From contig CAWJPJ010000007.1 in the NCBI GenBank assembly GCA_963844715.1, positions 128,001-192,000 on the forward strand: 64,000 nucleotides of DNA, read 5' to 3'. Position numbers and translations under genes: made by a program. The notes under the pieces are model-generated. The model was not told the origin of the DNA. It made no database searches and worked only from the letters and a program-made list of their open reading frames with translations. This document shows positions 20,695 to 30,207 of this stretch, one piece after another; the first letter of the stretch is position 1, and every line of letters begins with the position of its first letter. Source of the DNA: an uncultured Phycisphaerales bacterium (GTDB lineage: Bacteria > Planctomycetota > Phycisphaerae > Tepidisphaerales > Tepidisphaeraceae).

Positions 20695-22188
20695 TTATTT
20701 GCGTAAAACGATGATCCAGCCGGGGATTTTTTTATCGGCATGACGGCGAATCTCGACCCGCTCGGCGGCGGCTTCGCTGAGGCCCGCCGCGCTGGTCTGG
20801 TCGCGGATGTACTGGATCGAATGGGAGAAGCGCTCGCCGTTGTGGAGGAAGAATCCCGGGCCGTCGAAATGCTCGATGGAGAAGACGAACAATCCGCCGG
20901 GCCGCAGCGCCGCCGCGACGGCGGGCATGAGGTCTTTTAAATCCCCGACGTAAATCAGAACGTCGCCGGCCAGAATCAGATCAAAGGAATTGGGGTCCGC
21001 CAGCGCCGTGAGGACGTCTTCCTGGGTCAGGCGGTCGTACACGCCGCGCGAATTTGCCTTGCGGATCATTTTGCCGGAGAGATCGACGCCGCTGAGATGT
21101 TCGACGATGGGGCGGACGGCCTTGCCGCATAATCCGGTGCCGCAGCCGAGATCGAGGGCGCCGGCGAATATTCTCCCCGGGGCCAGCCTGGTGACGGCGG
21201 CCAATATTGATTCGGGCACATGATAGTCCAGCGTCTTGACGAGATGCTCGTCGAAAGATTCGCTGTAGTCGTCGAAAAGCTCGCGGACCCAATTCTCCGG
21301 GATAGTTTGCGCCGAACCGTCGCCCGCGCAGGCGGCCAGCTCAAATTTCCAATCGGCGCGATCCGGAGCGAGCTTGATGGCCCGGCGATAGCTATCGCAC
21401 GCGGGGGCGATCTGCCCGGCCAGGCGGCGCATCCTGGCGAGATTGAAATGCGCCATCGCTTCGGACGGATGCGAAGTCACGACCGTCTGGAAACATTCGA
21501 TCGCCGCTTCGTTTTGCCTGCGCTTGGCGAGCAACTTTCCCAGACTCCAGTTGGCTTGTTTATGTCCGGGCTGAAGCTGCCGGGCTTTTGAATACGCTGC
21601 AATCGCCTCGTCCAGTTTTTGTTCGTCCCACAGGAGATTTCCCAGGCTGTTCAGGGCCTCGGGCCAATTCGGGCGCAGCTCCATCGCCCGCGCGACTGCC
21701 GCGTGGGCTTCGGTCAGACGATTCAGTTCCTGCAACGCCTCCCCGAGACGGAGATGCGCCATGGCCAGATCGGGACGAAGACGAATCGCGGTCCGAAACG
21801 CCTGGGCGGCCGGTTCGAACTGCCTGGCGTCCTTCAGGGCATTGCCTAGAGCGCCGTATCCTTCGGGCCAATTCGGTTGGAGTTGAAGAGCTTTTTTGTA
21901 CGCGCCGATCGCGTCCTCGAATTTTCCCGCGGCCCGCAATGTGTCGCCGAGATCGCGATGTGCGAGTGGATCGCTGTCGTTGATGGCGATGGAGGCGCGG
22001 AGCTTTTGCACGGCCTCGTCGAGTCGGCCGTGCTTTCGCAGGACAACGCCAAGGATGCGCAGGGTCCGCGGCTCACTGGGATTCTGAGAAAGAATTTCCC
22101 GGCAGACGTCCTCCGCGTCTTTAAGCAGTCCGGCCTGCTGAGCGCGATCGGCCAGGGAAAGCGCGGTTTGAATCGTCGGATCGGGCAC
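20695..22188 (-). CDS. TPR-repeat SAM-dependent methyltransferase (COG4976-like)
   Basis: TPRs, then LFDDY..FDEHLV..L.Y, LDLGCGTG, GVDLS and DVLIYVGDL. GTG start at 22188. Confidence 0.85.
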   Translation of the reverse strand: MPDPTIQTALSLADRAQQAGLLKDAEDVCREILSQNPSEPRTLRILGVVLRKHGRLDEAVQKLRASIAINDSDPLAHRDLGDTLRAAGKFEDAIGAYKKALQLQPNWPEGYGALGNALKDARQFEPAAQAFRTAIRLRPDLAMAHLRLGEALQELNRLTEAHAAVARAMELRPNWPEALNSLGNLLWDEQKLDEAIAAYSKARQLQPGHKQANWSLGKLLAKRRQNEAAIECFQTVVTSHPSEAMAHFNLARMRRLAGQIAPACDSYRRAIKLAPDRADWKFELAACAGDGSAQTIPENWVRELFDDYSESFDEHLVKTLDYHVPESILAAVTRLAPGRIFAGALDLGCGTGLCGKAVRPIVEHLSGVDLSGKMIRKANSRGVYDRLTQEDVLTALADPNSFDLILAGDVLIYVGDLKDLMPAVAAALRPGGLFVFSIEHFDGPGFFLHNGERFSHSIQYIRDQTSAAGLSEAAAERVEIRRHADKKIPGWIIVLRK

Positions 22189-22204
22189 GGGGGAATATTG
22201 TACT

Positions 22205-23455
22205 TCAATCCGCGGACGAGAGACCGAGCTTCGCCAGCGTCTGGTCCACCGAGGCCTGAAATCGGTCGAAATTAAAATTCTCCACGACGAGACGCCGGCC
22301 GTTCTCCGCCCAGGCGTCGCGCTCCTGCGGGTGAGTGAGCAGATAAATGCACCCCTCGGCAAATTCCTCATCGGTGTTCCCGCGCCAAAGGCTTTGCCGG
22401 TGTTTCAGCACGTCTTCCAGGCCACGGTGACTATGCGGCGTAACGACGCACGTTCTGCCGAACGTGAAGCACTCGACGGCTTTGATTTTGGTTCCCCCGC
22501 CGCGCTGGACGGGAACGATTGTGAAAGCGCAGCGCTGATATTCATCGCGCAGATCCGGAGCGAATCCGACGGGTGTAACACCGGGAATGGCCCTCCAGCG
22601 CGCTTTTCTGGCGTCGTCCATACCGGTGCCGACCATTCGCAAAACCGCCTTCGGGACGGCGGAGCGAATTCGGGGCCAGATGTTCTTCAGGAAATGCCCG
22701 ACAGCCTCGGAATTGGGTGCATATCCCATGCTCGCGACGAGCAGAATAACCGGCTCCTCGTGCTGCGGCGGGCACGGGACTGCGCGGAGAACCCTCCTGC
22801 GGATACGGAATATTCGCCAGCAAAGACCATCGCCCGGGATCGAAATCGGCGGCGTCATTCGCGGCGGCAACCCAAAGATGCGAGGCGCGCCGAAACAGCG
22901 GCAGCGCCGTGTCGCGAATTTGTTTTGTTTGACGGGCAAACGCCAATCGCTTGTAGAGCGGAACTGACGGATGGAGATTCTCGGCCGCTACGATGTGATC
23001 CACGTCGTCCACGTCGATGACGACTGGAATCTCCGGCGGCTGATGAAGGATCCCGGACATCGCCGCCGGATAAAGATGGCGGGTGATGATCAAATCGTAC
23101 TGTTTCGTCGCCAGGGCTTTTTTCACTGCGGCCACAAGTGCCGTGTCGGGCCGGTACCAGACCGCCTGCGTTCCGAACGCCGATGCCAGCCGGTCCACCG
23201 TGCGCGGGGAGAATTTCCGCACCAGGTTCCACGGCGGCAGGCTCCCGCGCCGGGGAAGAGTGACCTCTTCAATCAGTCCATGCTTTTGCTTGCCTTCTTC
23301 GACTAGTTCTTTGGGAAGGGGTCCCCAGCGCCCGACAAAGATGAGATCAGTCGGCGCGTGTTTGGCCAGGCGCGGATCAGCAACGCCGTGCGTTGATTAC
23401 CGCCGATGTTCGGTGGAAAGGGCAGGACGTGGGTGATGCAGAGAATCCGCCGCAT
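22205..23455 (-). CDS. GT4-family glycosyltransferase (indels)
   Basis: MRRILCITHVLPFPPNIGGNQR start. The C-terminal frame has Y.PNSEAV..F...WP and GGGTKIKAVE. Confidence 0.75.
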
Positions 23456-23476
23456 ACCGTCCTGTCGGTAGACTGG

Positions 23477-23719
23477 CTATTTCTTTGCGGCCGGCGCGGG
23501 GGCGGTCTTTTGGAAACTGTAGGTTCCCCCGAATTTCTTGCTGAAGCGCTCGACGCGTCCGGCCGTGTCCACGAATTTCTGCTTGCCGGTGAAGAACGGA
23601 TGGCACTGGCCGCAGATGTCCACGTTGATCTTGGGGAGCGTGCTGCGGGTGGTAAACGTGTTTCCGCAGGCGCAGTGGACGGTGCAGGTCTGATAACGCG
23701 GGTGGATTTTCGATTTCAC
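23477..23719 (-). CDS. rpmE: 50S ribosomal protein L31 (Zn-binding type)
   Basis: [37 protein letters not shown]. Confidence 0.97.
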   Translation of the reverse strand: MKSKIHPRYQTCTVHCACGNTFTTRSTLPKINVDICGQCHPFFTGKQKFVDTAGRVERFSKKFGGTYSFQKTAPAPAAKK

Positions 23720-23858
23720 GGGACGAACTCCTTGCCTCCGGACGTGCGGAAGGCGGTTCGCCTTACGTCAGCCGGGGGAGTATTCATAGTGTCCCCGGCC
23801 TTTAAAATCAACGGTTTAATTTCCGATCCGGCGGCAAACTAGGCATAATGCGGCTCTT

Positions 23859-25790
23859 ATGGCACGGCGAGGCAGGCGCGGAATCACCGGGGAGGCGGAA
23901 CCCAGCGGCGCGGGCGCCCCACCGCCGCAAACGCCTCCACCCGTCAAGGCGGCTCCCGAACAATTGGTCGCCGGACTGGCGCCGCTCCTCTTTGAAGTCG
24001 GCTGGGAAGTCTGCTGGCAACTGGGCGGAATCTACACCGTTCTACGATCCAAAGCCCCGACCATGATCCAGCGCTGGGGCGAACGCTACTGCCTGATCGG
24101 GCCTTACAACCCTCAGACGGCGGCGGTCGAATTCGAGGAGCAGCCGGCGACCGGACTCCTGGCGCGGACTCTGCAAAAGCTTTCCGACCGCGGAACCGGG
24201 TGGCGGTATGGGCAATGGCTCATTCCGGGCCGGCCCCATGTCATCCTTCTCGACTACCGGGCCCGATTCGGGCAACTCGATTCGGATAAATACCTGCTCT
24301 GGAAAGATCACGGCATCGGGACCGTCGCCGGGGACGGGGAAGTGAACGAGGTCATTGCCTTCGGATTCGCGGTGACGGAATTTTTCCGGGTCTTGTGCGA
24401 GGAATTGGACGGGCATCAGCCGGTGATCGGGCACTTTCACGAATGGATGGCGGCGGTCGCGGTGCCGCGGATCGCGCATCTGAAATTGCCGGTGGCGACG
24501 GTTTTTACGACCCACGCCACGCTGCTGGGCCGGTACCTGGCCAGCGACGATGCGGAGTTTTACCAGCATCTTCCCTCGATCCAGCCCGACGAAGCGGCGG
24601 GACGGCGCAACATCCATCCGCGCTTTGCGATCGAGCGGGCAGCGGCGCATGCGTCGACCGTTTTCACGACGGTCAGCCAGGTGACGGGCGTCGAGTCGCA
24701 GGCCCTTCTGGGGCGCGTGCCGGACGTCATTCTTCCGAACGGGCTGAATCTTTATCGGTTCGCGGCGTTGCACGAATTTCAGAACCTGCACCGCCAGTAC
24801 AAGGAAGTGATCCACGAATTCGTGATGGGGCACTTCTTCCCCGGATACAGCTTCGATCTGGACCGAACGATTTTTCTTTTCACGAGCGGGCGCTACGAAT
24901 ACCGCAACAAGGGGATGGACCTCTTCATCGAGGCGCTCCATCGCCTCAACGGCCGGCTGAAAACGCTCGACGACCCCCCCACCGTGGTGGCCTTTTTGAT
25001 CACCAAGGCGGCGACCAAGCATGTCAACGTCGGCGTTCTTCAGAGCCAGTCGATGTTCGACGAACTGCGGCGCCTGTGCGGGCAGATTCAGCAGCAGATG
25101 GGGTACAAGTTGTTCGCCAACGCGGCCATGGGCAAGATCGCCTCCGGCGCGGAATTGATGGACGAGGACGATCGCGTGCGGTTGAAGCAGGCGATTCACG
25201 CCTGGCACAACGGCCGCCAGCCGCCGATCGTCACCCACGACCTGGTCGATGACGCCAGCGATCCGATCCTTCAACATCTGCGTCATCGCGGCCTGCTCAA
25301 CGCGGCGTCCGACCCGGTGAAGGTGGTGTTTCATCCGCATTTTGTGACGGCCGTCGGGCCACTGATCAATCTCGATTACGAGCAGTTTGTTCGCGGGTGC
25401 CACCTGGGCGTGTTCCCCAGTTATTACGAGCCGTGGGGATATACGCCGATGGAGTGCGTCGCCCTGGGCGTTCCCACCGTCACGACCGACTTAAGCGGCT
25501 TTGGCGCATATGTTCAGCAGAACGTGGCGGAGCACCAGGATCAAGGGATTTATGTGCTGAACCGCCGGACGCACTCGTTCGAGGACGCGACCAACGAACT
25601 GGCGGACCATCTTGCGACCTTCGTGCAGCTAGGCCGAAGGCAGCGCGTGGAGTTGCGCAATCGGGTGGAGCGATTAGGCGAAATGTTTGACTGGTCGGCC
25701 CTGATCGTGAATTACAACGAGGCGCACGATCTGGCCCTGACCCGGCTCGCGCAGGGCCATCCCGGGAAGGTACAGGTCAAGGTCGTTTAG
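23859..25790 (+). CDS. GT3-family glycogen synthase
   Basis: FEVGWEV..GGIYTV, HFHEWM, FTTHATLLGR, GRYEYRNKG, PSYYEPWGYTP.EC and the Arg-rich helix RRQRVELRNRVERL. Confidence 0.9.
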   Translation: MARRGRRGITGEAEPSGAGAPPPQTPPPVKAAPEQLVAGLAPLLFEVGWEVCWQLGGIYTVLRSKAPTMIQRWGERYCLIGPYNPQTAAVEFEEQPATGLLARTLQKLSDRGTGWRYGQWLIPGRPHVILLDYRARFGQLDSDKYLLWKDHGIGTVAGDGEVNEVIAFGFAVTEFFRVLCEELDGHQPVIGHFHEWMAAVAVPRIAHLKLPVATVFTTHATLLGRYLASDDAEFYQHLPSIQPDEAAGRRNIHPRFAIERAAAHASTVFTTVSQVTGVESQALLGRVPDVILPNGLNLYRFAALHEFQNLHRQYKEVIHEFVMGHFFPGYSFDLDRTIFLFTSGRYEYRNKGMDLFIEALHRLNGRLKTLDDPPTVVAFLITKAATKHVNVGVLQSQSMFDELRRLCGQIQQQMGYKLFANAAMGKIASGAELMDEDDRVRLKQAIHAWHNGRQPPIVTHDLVDDASDPILQHLRHRGLLNAASDPVKVVFHPHFVTAVGPLINLDYEQFVRGCHLGVFPSYYEPWGYTPMECVALGVPTVTTDLSGFGAYVQQNVAEHQDQGIYVLNRRTHSFEDATNELADHLATFVQLGRRQRVELRNRVERLGEMFDWSALIVNYNEAHDLALTRLAQGHPGKVQVKVV

Positions 25791-25804
25791 ATCGGGGAAC
25801 AGGA

Positions 25805-26143
25805 TTAGAAGAATTCAACGCCGCAGTCGAAGCGCCCGTCGTCGCGGGTCCGGCAGGAGACGATGCGGATTCGGCTGGAGGCCCGCAACCCCCCACCGCC
25901 GAGAACCATCCAGTGGATCGCATCGGGTTCGAAGCGATTGTCCGAGACAAAACCGGCCCCGTAGAGCGAGAGATCGATGACGTCGACGTTCCGGCTGGAT
26001 TCGCGCCCGCCGCCGCCGGCCTCGCAGGAAATCCATCCCTTGGCCTCGTATGCCTGGCGGGGAGCGCGGCGGCGTTCCGTTGCTTCAGGAATGACCGCTG
26101 CGGATCCGGACGGATTTGAAGATGGGGCCATGGAACTATTCAT
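25805..26143 (-). CDS. PilZ-domain c-di-GMP-binding protein
   Basis: ERRRAPR (RxxxR) and DLSLYG (DxSxxG) motifs, ending GVEF. Confidence 0.85.
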   Translation of the reverse strand: MNSSMAPSSNPSGSAAVIPEATERRRAPRQAYEAKGWISCEAGGGGRESSRNVDVIDLSLYGAGFVSDNRFEPDAIHWMVLGGGGLRASSRIRIVSCRTRDDGRFDCGVEFF

Positions 26144-26224
26144 CGGACCTTACGCCGCGTCCCTTTGGCTCGCCCCGGCCGTGCCGATATACTTGGATTA
26201 TCGGCCTTTGCCCCTGGAGCCCAC

Positions 26225-27700
26225 GTGTCTGAACGCGTCTGCAAATCGTATCGCGTCTTGGTTGGCCTGGAGATCCACGTCCAATTGTCCACCCGATCCA
26301 AGATGTTCACCGGCGCGGCCAATGGTTTCGGCGCCGAACCCAATACACAGGTGGACGAGCAGGTCCTGGGTCTGCCCGGGGTTTTGCCCGTCATGAACAA
26401 AAAGGCGGTCGAGTACGCCATCAAGGCGGGGATGGCTCTTGGGTGCAAAATCGCCCGGCACACCAAGTGGGATCGCAAGAGTTACTACTATCCCGACCTG
26501 CCCAAGAATTATCAGATCAGCCAATACGATCTGCCGCTTTGTTTGCAGGGGGAGTTTGAGCTGGTGCGCAGGGACGGATCGAGCCTGCCCGTGCGCATTC
26601 GCCGGGCGCATTTGGAAGAGGATGCGGGAAAGCTGCTGCACGAAGCGCCTGGCGGTTATGCAATCGACTTCAGTATTGTCGATTTGAATCGCGCTGGCAC
26701 GCCGCTGCTGGAGATCGTCACCGAGCCGGATCTATCAAGCCCGCAAGACGTCGCCCTGTTCGGGCAGGAATTGCAGAAGCTCGTGCAGTTCCTTGGCGTC
26801 AGCGAGGGGCAAATGCAAATGGGACACATGCGCTTCGAGCCGAACATCAACGTGCATATCACGGACGGCGAAGGGAATGTGCACAAGACGGCGATCACCG
26901 AAATCAAGAACCTCAACAGCTTCAGCGTCCTGGAGCGGGCGACGACTTACGAAGTGCAACGGCAAATCCGCGCCTGGGAAGAAACCGGTTCGCTGGGCCG
27001 GAAGAGCACGTACGGCTGGGACGAAGCGGCCGGGGCGACATTCCATCAGCGCGACAAGGAAGAGGCGAACGACTACCGCTATTTCCCCGACCCGGATCTG
27101 GTCCCGATCGAGGTGGATGATAAATGGCTCGCGGAGTTGAAAGGCCAAATCGGCGAATTGCCCGCCGCCCGGCGCAAGAGATATGTCGAAGCGCTGGGAT
27201 TGTCGGCGACGGACGCGGCGATCCTCGCCTCGGACCGCGCCACCGGCGAGTTCTACGAAGCCGCCATCGCCGCCGGCGGCGACGCCAAGCGCGTCAGCAA
27301 TCTCATCCTCTCGCATGGCCGGCGCCTGGCGAACGAGAAAAGCACGGCCCTGGAAGGTATCGGGGTCAGCCCCAGGCGATTCGCCGAAGTGGCGACCCTG
27401 ATCGACTCGAGCAAGATTTCCGCCAGCAGCGCCGGACCGCTCTTCGACAAACTGGCGCAAAAAGACGCCCCGGCTGAAGCCGTCGCCACGGAGCTGGGGC
27501 TGATTCAGGTGAGCGACACCGGCGCGATCGACAAGGCGATCGACGCGGTGATCGCCGCCAATCCCAAGCCGCTACAGGATTATCGCGCCGGCAAGCAGTC
27601 GGCGATGGGCGCGCTGGTGGGCATGGTGATGAAAAACGGCAAGGGTTTGAATCCCAAGATGGTGCAGGAAGCGCTGAAAAAGAAATTGGAAGGATCCTGA
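26225..27700 (+). CDS. gatB: Asp/Glu-tRNA amidotransferase subunit B
   Basis: GLEIHVQL, YPDLPKNYQISQ, HLEEDAGK, DLNRAGTPLLEIV, EIKNLNSF and YRYFPDPDL. GTG start at 26225. Confidence 0.97.
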   Translation: MSERVCKSYRVLVGLEIHVQLSTRSKMFTGAANGFGAEPNTQVDEQVLGLPGVLPVMNKKAVEYAIKAGMALGCKIARHTKWDRKSYYYPDLPKNYQISQYDLPLCLQGEFELVRRDGSSLPVRIRRAHLEEDAGKLLHEAPGGYAIDFSIVDLNRAGTPLLEIVTEPDLSSPQDVALFGQELQKLVQFLGVSEGQMQMGHMRFEPNINVHITDGEGNVHKTAITEIKNLNSFSVLERATTYEVQRQIRAWEETGSLGRKSTYGWDEAAGATFHQRDKEEANDYRYFPDPDLVPIEVDDKWLAELKGQIGELPAARRKRYVEALGLSATDAAILASDRATGEFYEAAIAAGGDAKRVSNLILSHGRRLANEKSTALEGIGVSPRRFAEVATLIDSSKISASSAGPLFDKLAQKDAPAEAVATELGLIQVSDTGAIDKAIDAVIAANPKPLQDYRAGKQSAMGALVGMVMKNGKGLNPKMVQEALKKKLEGS

Positions 27701-27706
27701 TTTCCC

Positions 27707-27895
27707 ATGGCCACGGCACGGATGTCGAATCGCAGAGTGAAGCGCCCTTATGGTGGATTTCTGCGCAGCAAACGCCGCAGCGGGCTGGACACGCTGGCGA
27801 TGCTGGAAGCCGCCAAAGGCGATCAGACGCCTCGCCTTCCCGGGTTCTGGGCTACAATCTATTCGGCGGTGAAGCGATTATTCCGCCGCCGATGA
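27707..27895 (+). CDS. Small basic hypothetical protein
   Basis: 62-aa ORF that exactly fills the gap between gatB and the DUF971 gene. Confidence 0.5.
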   Translation: MATARMSNRRVKRPYGGFLRSKRRSGLDTLAMLEAAKGDQTPRLPGFWATIYSAVKRLFRRR

Positions 27896-27896
27896 T

Positions 27897-28223
27897 ATGT
27901 CATTTGCCGCAAACACGCCTCAGAAGCTCGATCTCAAGCGTGATGAGAAACTGGAAATCCTCTGGAAGGACGGCTCGCGCAGCGTCTACCCGCTGCAACT
28001 TTTGCGGTCGATGTGCCCCTGTGCGACGTGCAAGGAAGTGCGAGCCGGGCAGCACGAGCGGAAATCGCTTTTGACGATTTTGCCTGGGAATTACGCCAAG
28101 CCGCTGACCGTCGTGAAGGCGGAACTTGTGGGGAATTACGCCCTTCAGATCGACTGGTCGGACGATCATGGGAGCGGGATTTATTCGTTCGATTATTTGC
28201 GCTCGATCGCGCCGAAGGGCTAA
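27897..28223 (+). CDS. DUF971 / gamma-butyrobetaine hydroxylase-like N-terminal domain protein
   Basis: W.DG..S.Y....LR..CPCATC and VGNYA.QI.WSDDH.SGIYSFDYLR. Confidence 0.88.
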   Translation: MSFAANTPQKLDLKRDEKLEILWKDGSRSVYPLQLLRSMCPCATCKEVRAGQHERKSLLTILPGNYAKPLTVVKAELVGNYALQIDWSDDHGSGIYSFDYLRSIAPKG

Positions 28224-30193
28224 ATCGTCTCGCACCAGGTACGCCATATCTGGCGGTAGCAGGACTCGATGTTGCGAGCAAATCGCGCGGCGTCGCAGAG
28301 CGGGGAATCGAGGATGCGCTGCCTAAGGGTGCGGCGCAAATCCGCCAGGCGCGGCCGGTCGGCGCATAGATCGATAATTATCTTCACGTACTCGTCAGCC
28401 GTTCGGGCGACCAATTCCGACAGGCCGAGGTTGCCTAACTGGCTGAGCCCGGCCCGGCCGACGGCCGTCTGGCCCGTCAGGGTTACCACTGGCACTCCCA
28501 TCCAAAGGGCGTCCAGACTGGTCGTATGTCCGTTGTAGGGAAACGTCTCCAAGCCCAGGTCGATGCGGCGATAGACTTGCAGGTAGTCGCTGCGCCGCTG
28601 TCGGTCGACCCATTCCAATCGATCGGGCGCGATGTCCCGGCGACGAAGCGTATCGGTGACCCGCTGCCGGGCGCTTCCTCGCGGCCCGAGGAGAATGAGC
28701 CGCGACCGTGGTACTTGGCGCAGAACTTTCGCCCAAAGTTCCAGAACCCCGTCGTTCACCTTGCAGAAATTGTTCAAACAGCCGAAGGTGATGAATCCGT
28801 TTAGCACAGCGGGCGGCGGACCGACAGCGTCGGCCGGCGCCTCCATCGCTTCGGGGTCGTAACACCAGAAACTGTCGGGGAGGCGAATCGACTTCTCGCG
28901 GTGCAAAGAATCGCTCTGGCCGGGCGGATCGAGATGCGGATCGGTCAATCGGTAATCCATCGTGTCGAGTCCCGTTCCAGCGGGGTATCCACCGAAGGTG
29001 ACTTGCACAGGCGCGGGTTTGCGCAAAGACAAGCAAGCGGTTGCCGGCCATGTGCAGCGTGAGATCCACCAAAATATCGATCCGGTCCCGTCGAATTTGA
29101 TTGGCAAGCTCAGTGTCGGAAACGCGGACAATGTCGCACCAGCCGCGTGCGTTCCGACGAAACTCATCGGTGATCCTGTCGGGACGGAGCACATGCGCGT
29201 AACAGAAGATCTCAAATTGCTCGCGATCATGATGCCGGAACAGCGGCAAAAGATTTCGTCCCACGACGTGGTCCCGGAAATCAGCCGAAACATAGCCGAT
29301 GCGCAGGGGCGCTCCGGAGAACGGTCGTTGAAGTGAGCCTGAATGAATTTCCGCAGCGGCTCGGCGTGCTGTCGGCTCCAAAGCTGGTGCTCGGCGGCGA
29401 TCATGCCGGCGTCGCAGCCGGGGAGAAAGTGCAGTGTGTAAACGAGATTGCCGTGGACCCCGGCGAAGTCGGGCTTGAGCGCCACGGCCTTGCGAAAAGC
29501 GGCGATGGCCTCATTGAGCTGCCCCATCTCTTTCAGGGCGTTGCCGAGGTTGCCGAATGCATCCGGGTGATTGGGTTTGAGCAGGATGGCCTGACGATAG
29601 GCGGCAACGGCTTCGTCGTATTGCTCGTTCTCTCTCAGGGCGTTGCCGAGATTGTAGTGGGCGTCGACAAAATCGCCTTTAAGGGCAATGGCGCGGCGAA
29701 GCGCCGAAATGGCCTCTGTGTATTGCCCCATTTCCGTCAGGGCGTTGCCGAGATTGCTGTGGGGTTCGGGGTAATTGGGATTCAGCGCGATGGCTTTGCG
29801 ATACGCGGCGATGGCCTCTTCGAGGTGTCCTTTCGCTTTCAAAGCGTTGCCGAGATTATTGTGAGCGTCGGGAAAGTTGGGATCGAGGGCAATGGCCTGT
29901 CGCAGCGCGGCGATCGCGTCATCGTGTTTTCCCAGGTCGTTCAACACAGTGCCGAGGTTGCCGTAGGCTTGAAAATAATTGGGTTGGAGGGAGATGGCCC
30001 GACGAATCAATTGCACCGCAAGCTCGCTCCGCCCGGTTTGATAGGCAATGACTCCCAGATATTGGATTGCGCCCGCGTGCTGCGGCTGGCGGACGAGTAT
30101 TTGCTGATAAAGCTTTTCCGCTTCCTGGAAACGCCCCGACTGATGGCGCTGCAGGGCAAGTTCAAACGCTTTTTGGATCGAGGGTCCGCTCAT
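28220..30193 (-). CDS. TPR + GT41 O-GlcNAc transferase/SPINDLY-like protein (compensating indels near 29305 and 29025)
   Basis: TPRs. YVSADFRDHVVG and VDLTLHM lie in the alternative frame, followed by FGCLNNFCK and TFPYNGHTTSLDALWMG. Confidence 0.85.
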   Translation of the reverse strand: MSGPSIQKAFELALQRHQSGRFQEAEKLYQQILVRQPQHAGAIQYLGVIAYQTGRSELAVQLIRRAISLQPNYFQAYGNLGTVLNDLGKHDDAIAALRQAIALDPNFPDAHNNLGNALKAKGHLEEAIAAYRKAIALNPNYPEPHSNLGNALTEMGQYTEAISALRRAIALKGDFVDAHYNLGNALRENEQYDEAVAAYRQAILLKPNHPDAFGNLGNALKEMGQLNEAIAAFRKAVALKPDFAGVHGNLVYTLHFLPGCDAGMIAAEHQLWSRQHAEPLRKFIQAHFNDRSPERPCASAMFRLISGTTSWDEIFCRCSGIMIASNLRSSVTRMCSVPTGSPMSFVGTHAAGATLSAFPTLSLPIKFDGTGSIFWWISRCTWPATACLSLRKPAPVQVTFGGYPAGTGLDTMDYRLTDPHLDPPGQSDSLHREKSIRLPDSFWCYDPEAMEAPADAVGPPPAVLNGFITFGCLNNFCKVNDGVLELWAKVLRQVPRSRLILLGPRGSARQRVTDTLRRRDIAPDRLEWVDRQRRSDYLQVYRRIDLGLETFPYNGHTTSLDALWMGVPVVTLTGQTAVGRAGLSQLGNLGLSELVARTADEYVKIIIDLCADRPRLADLRRTLRQRILDSPLCDAARFARNIESCYRQIWRTWCETI

Positions 30194-30207
30194 GACGTAG
30201 CGGCAAA

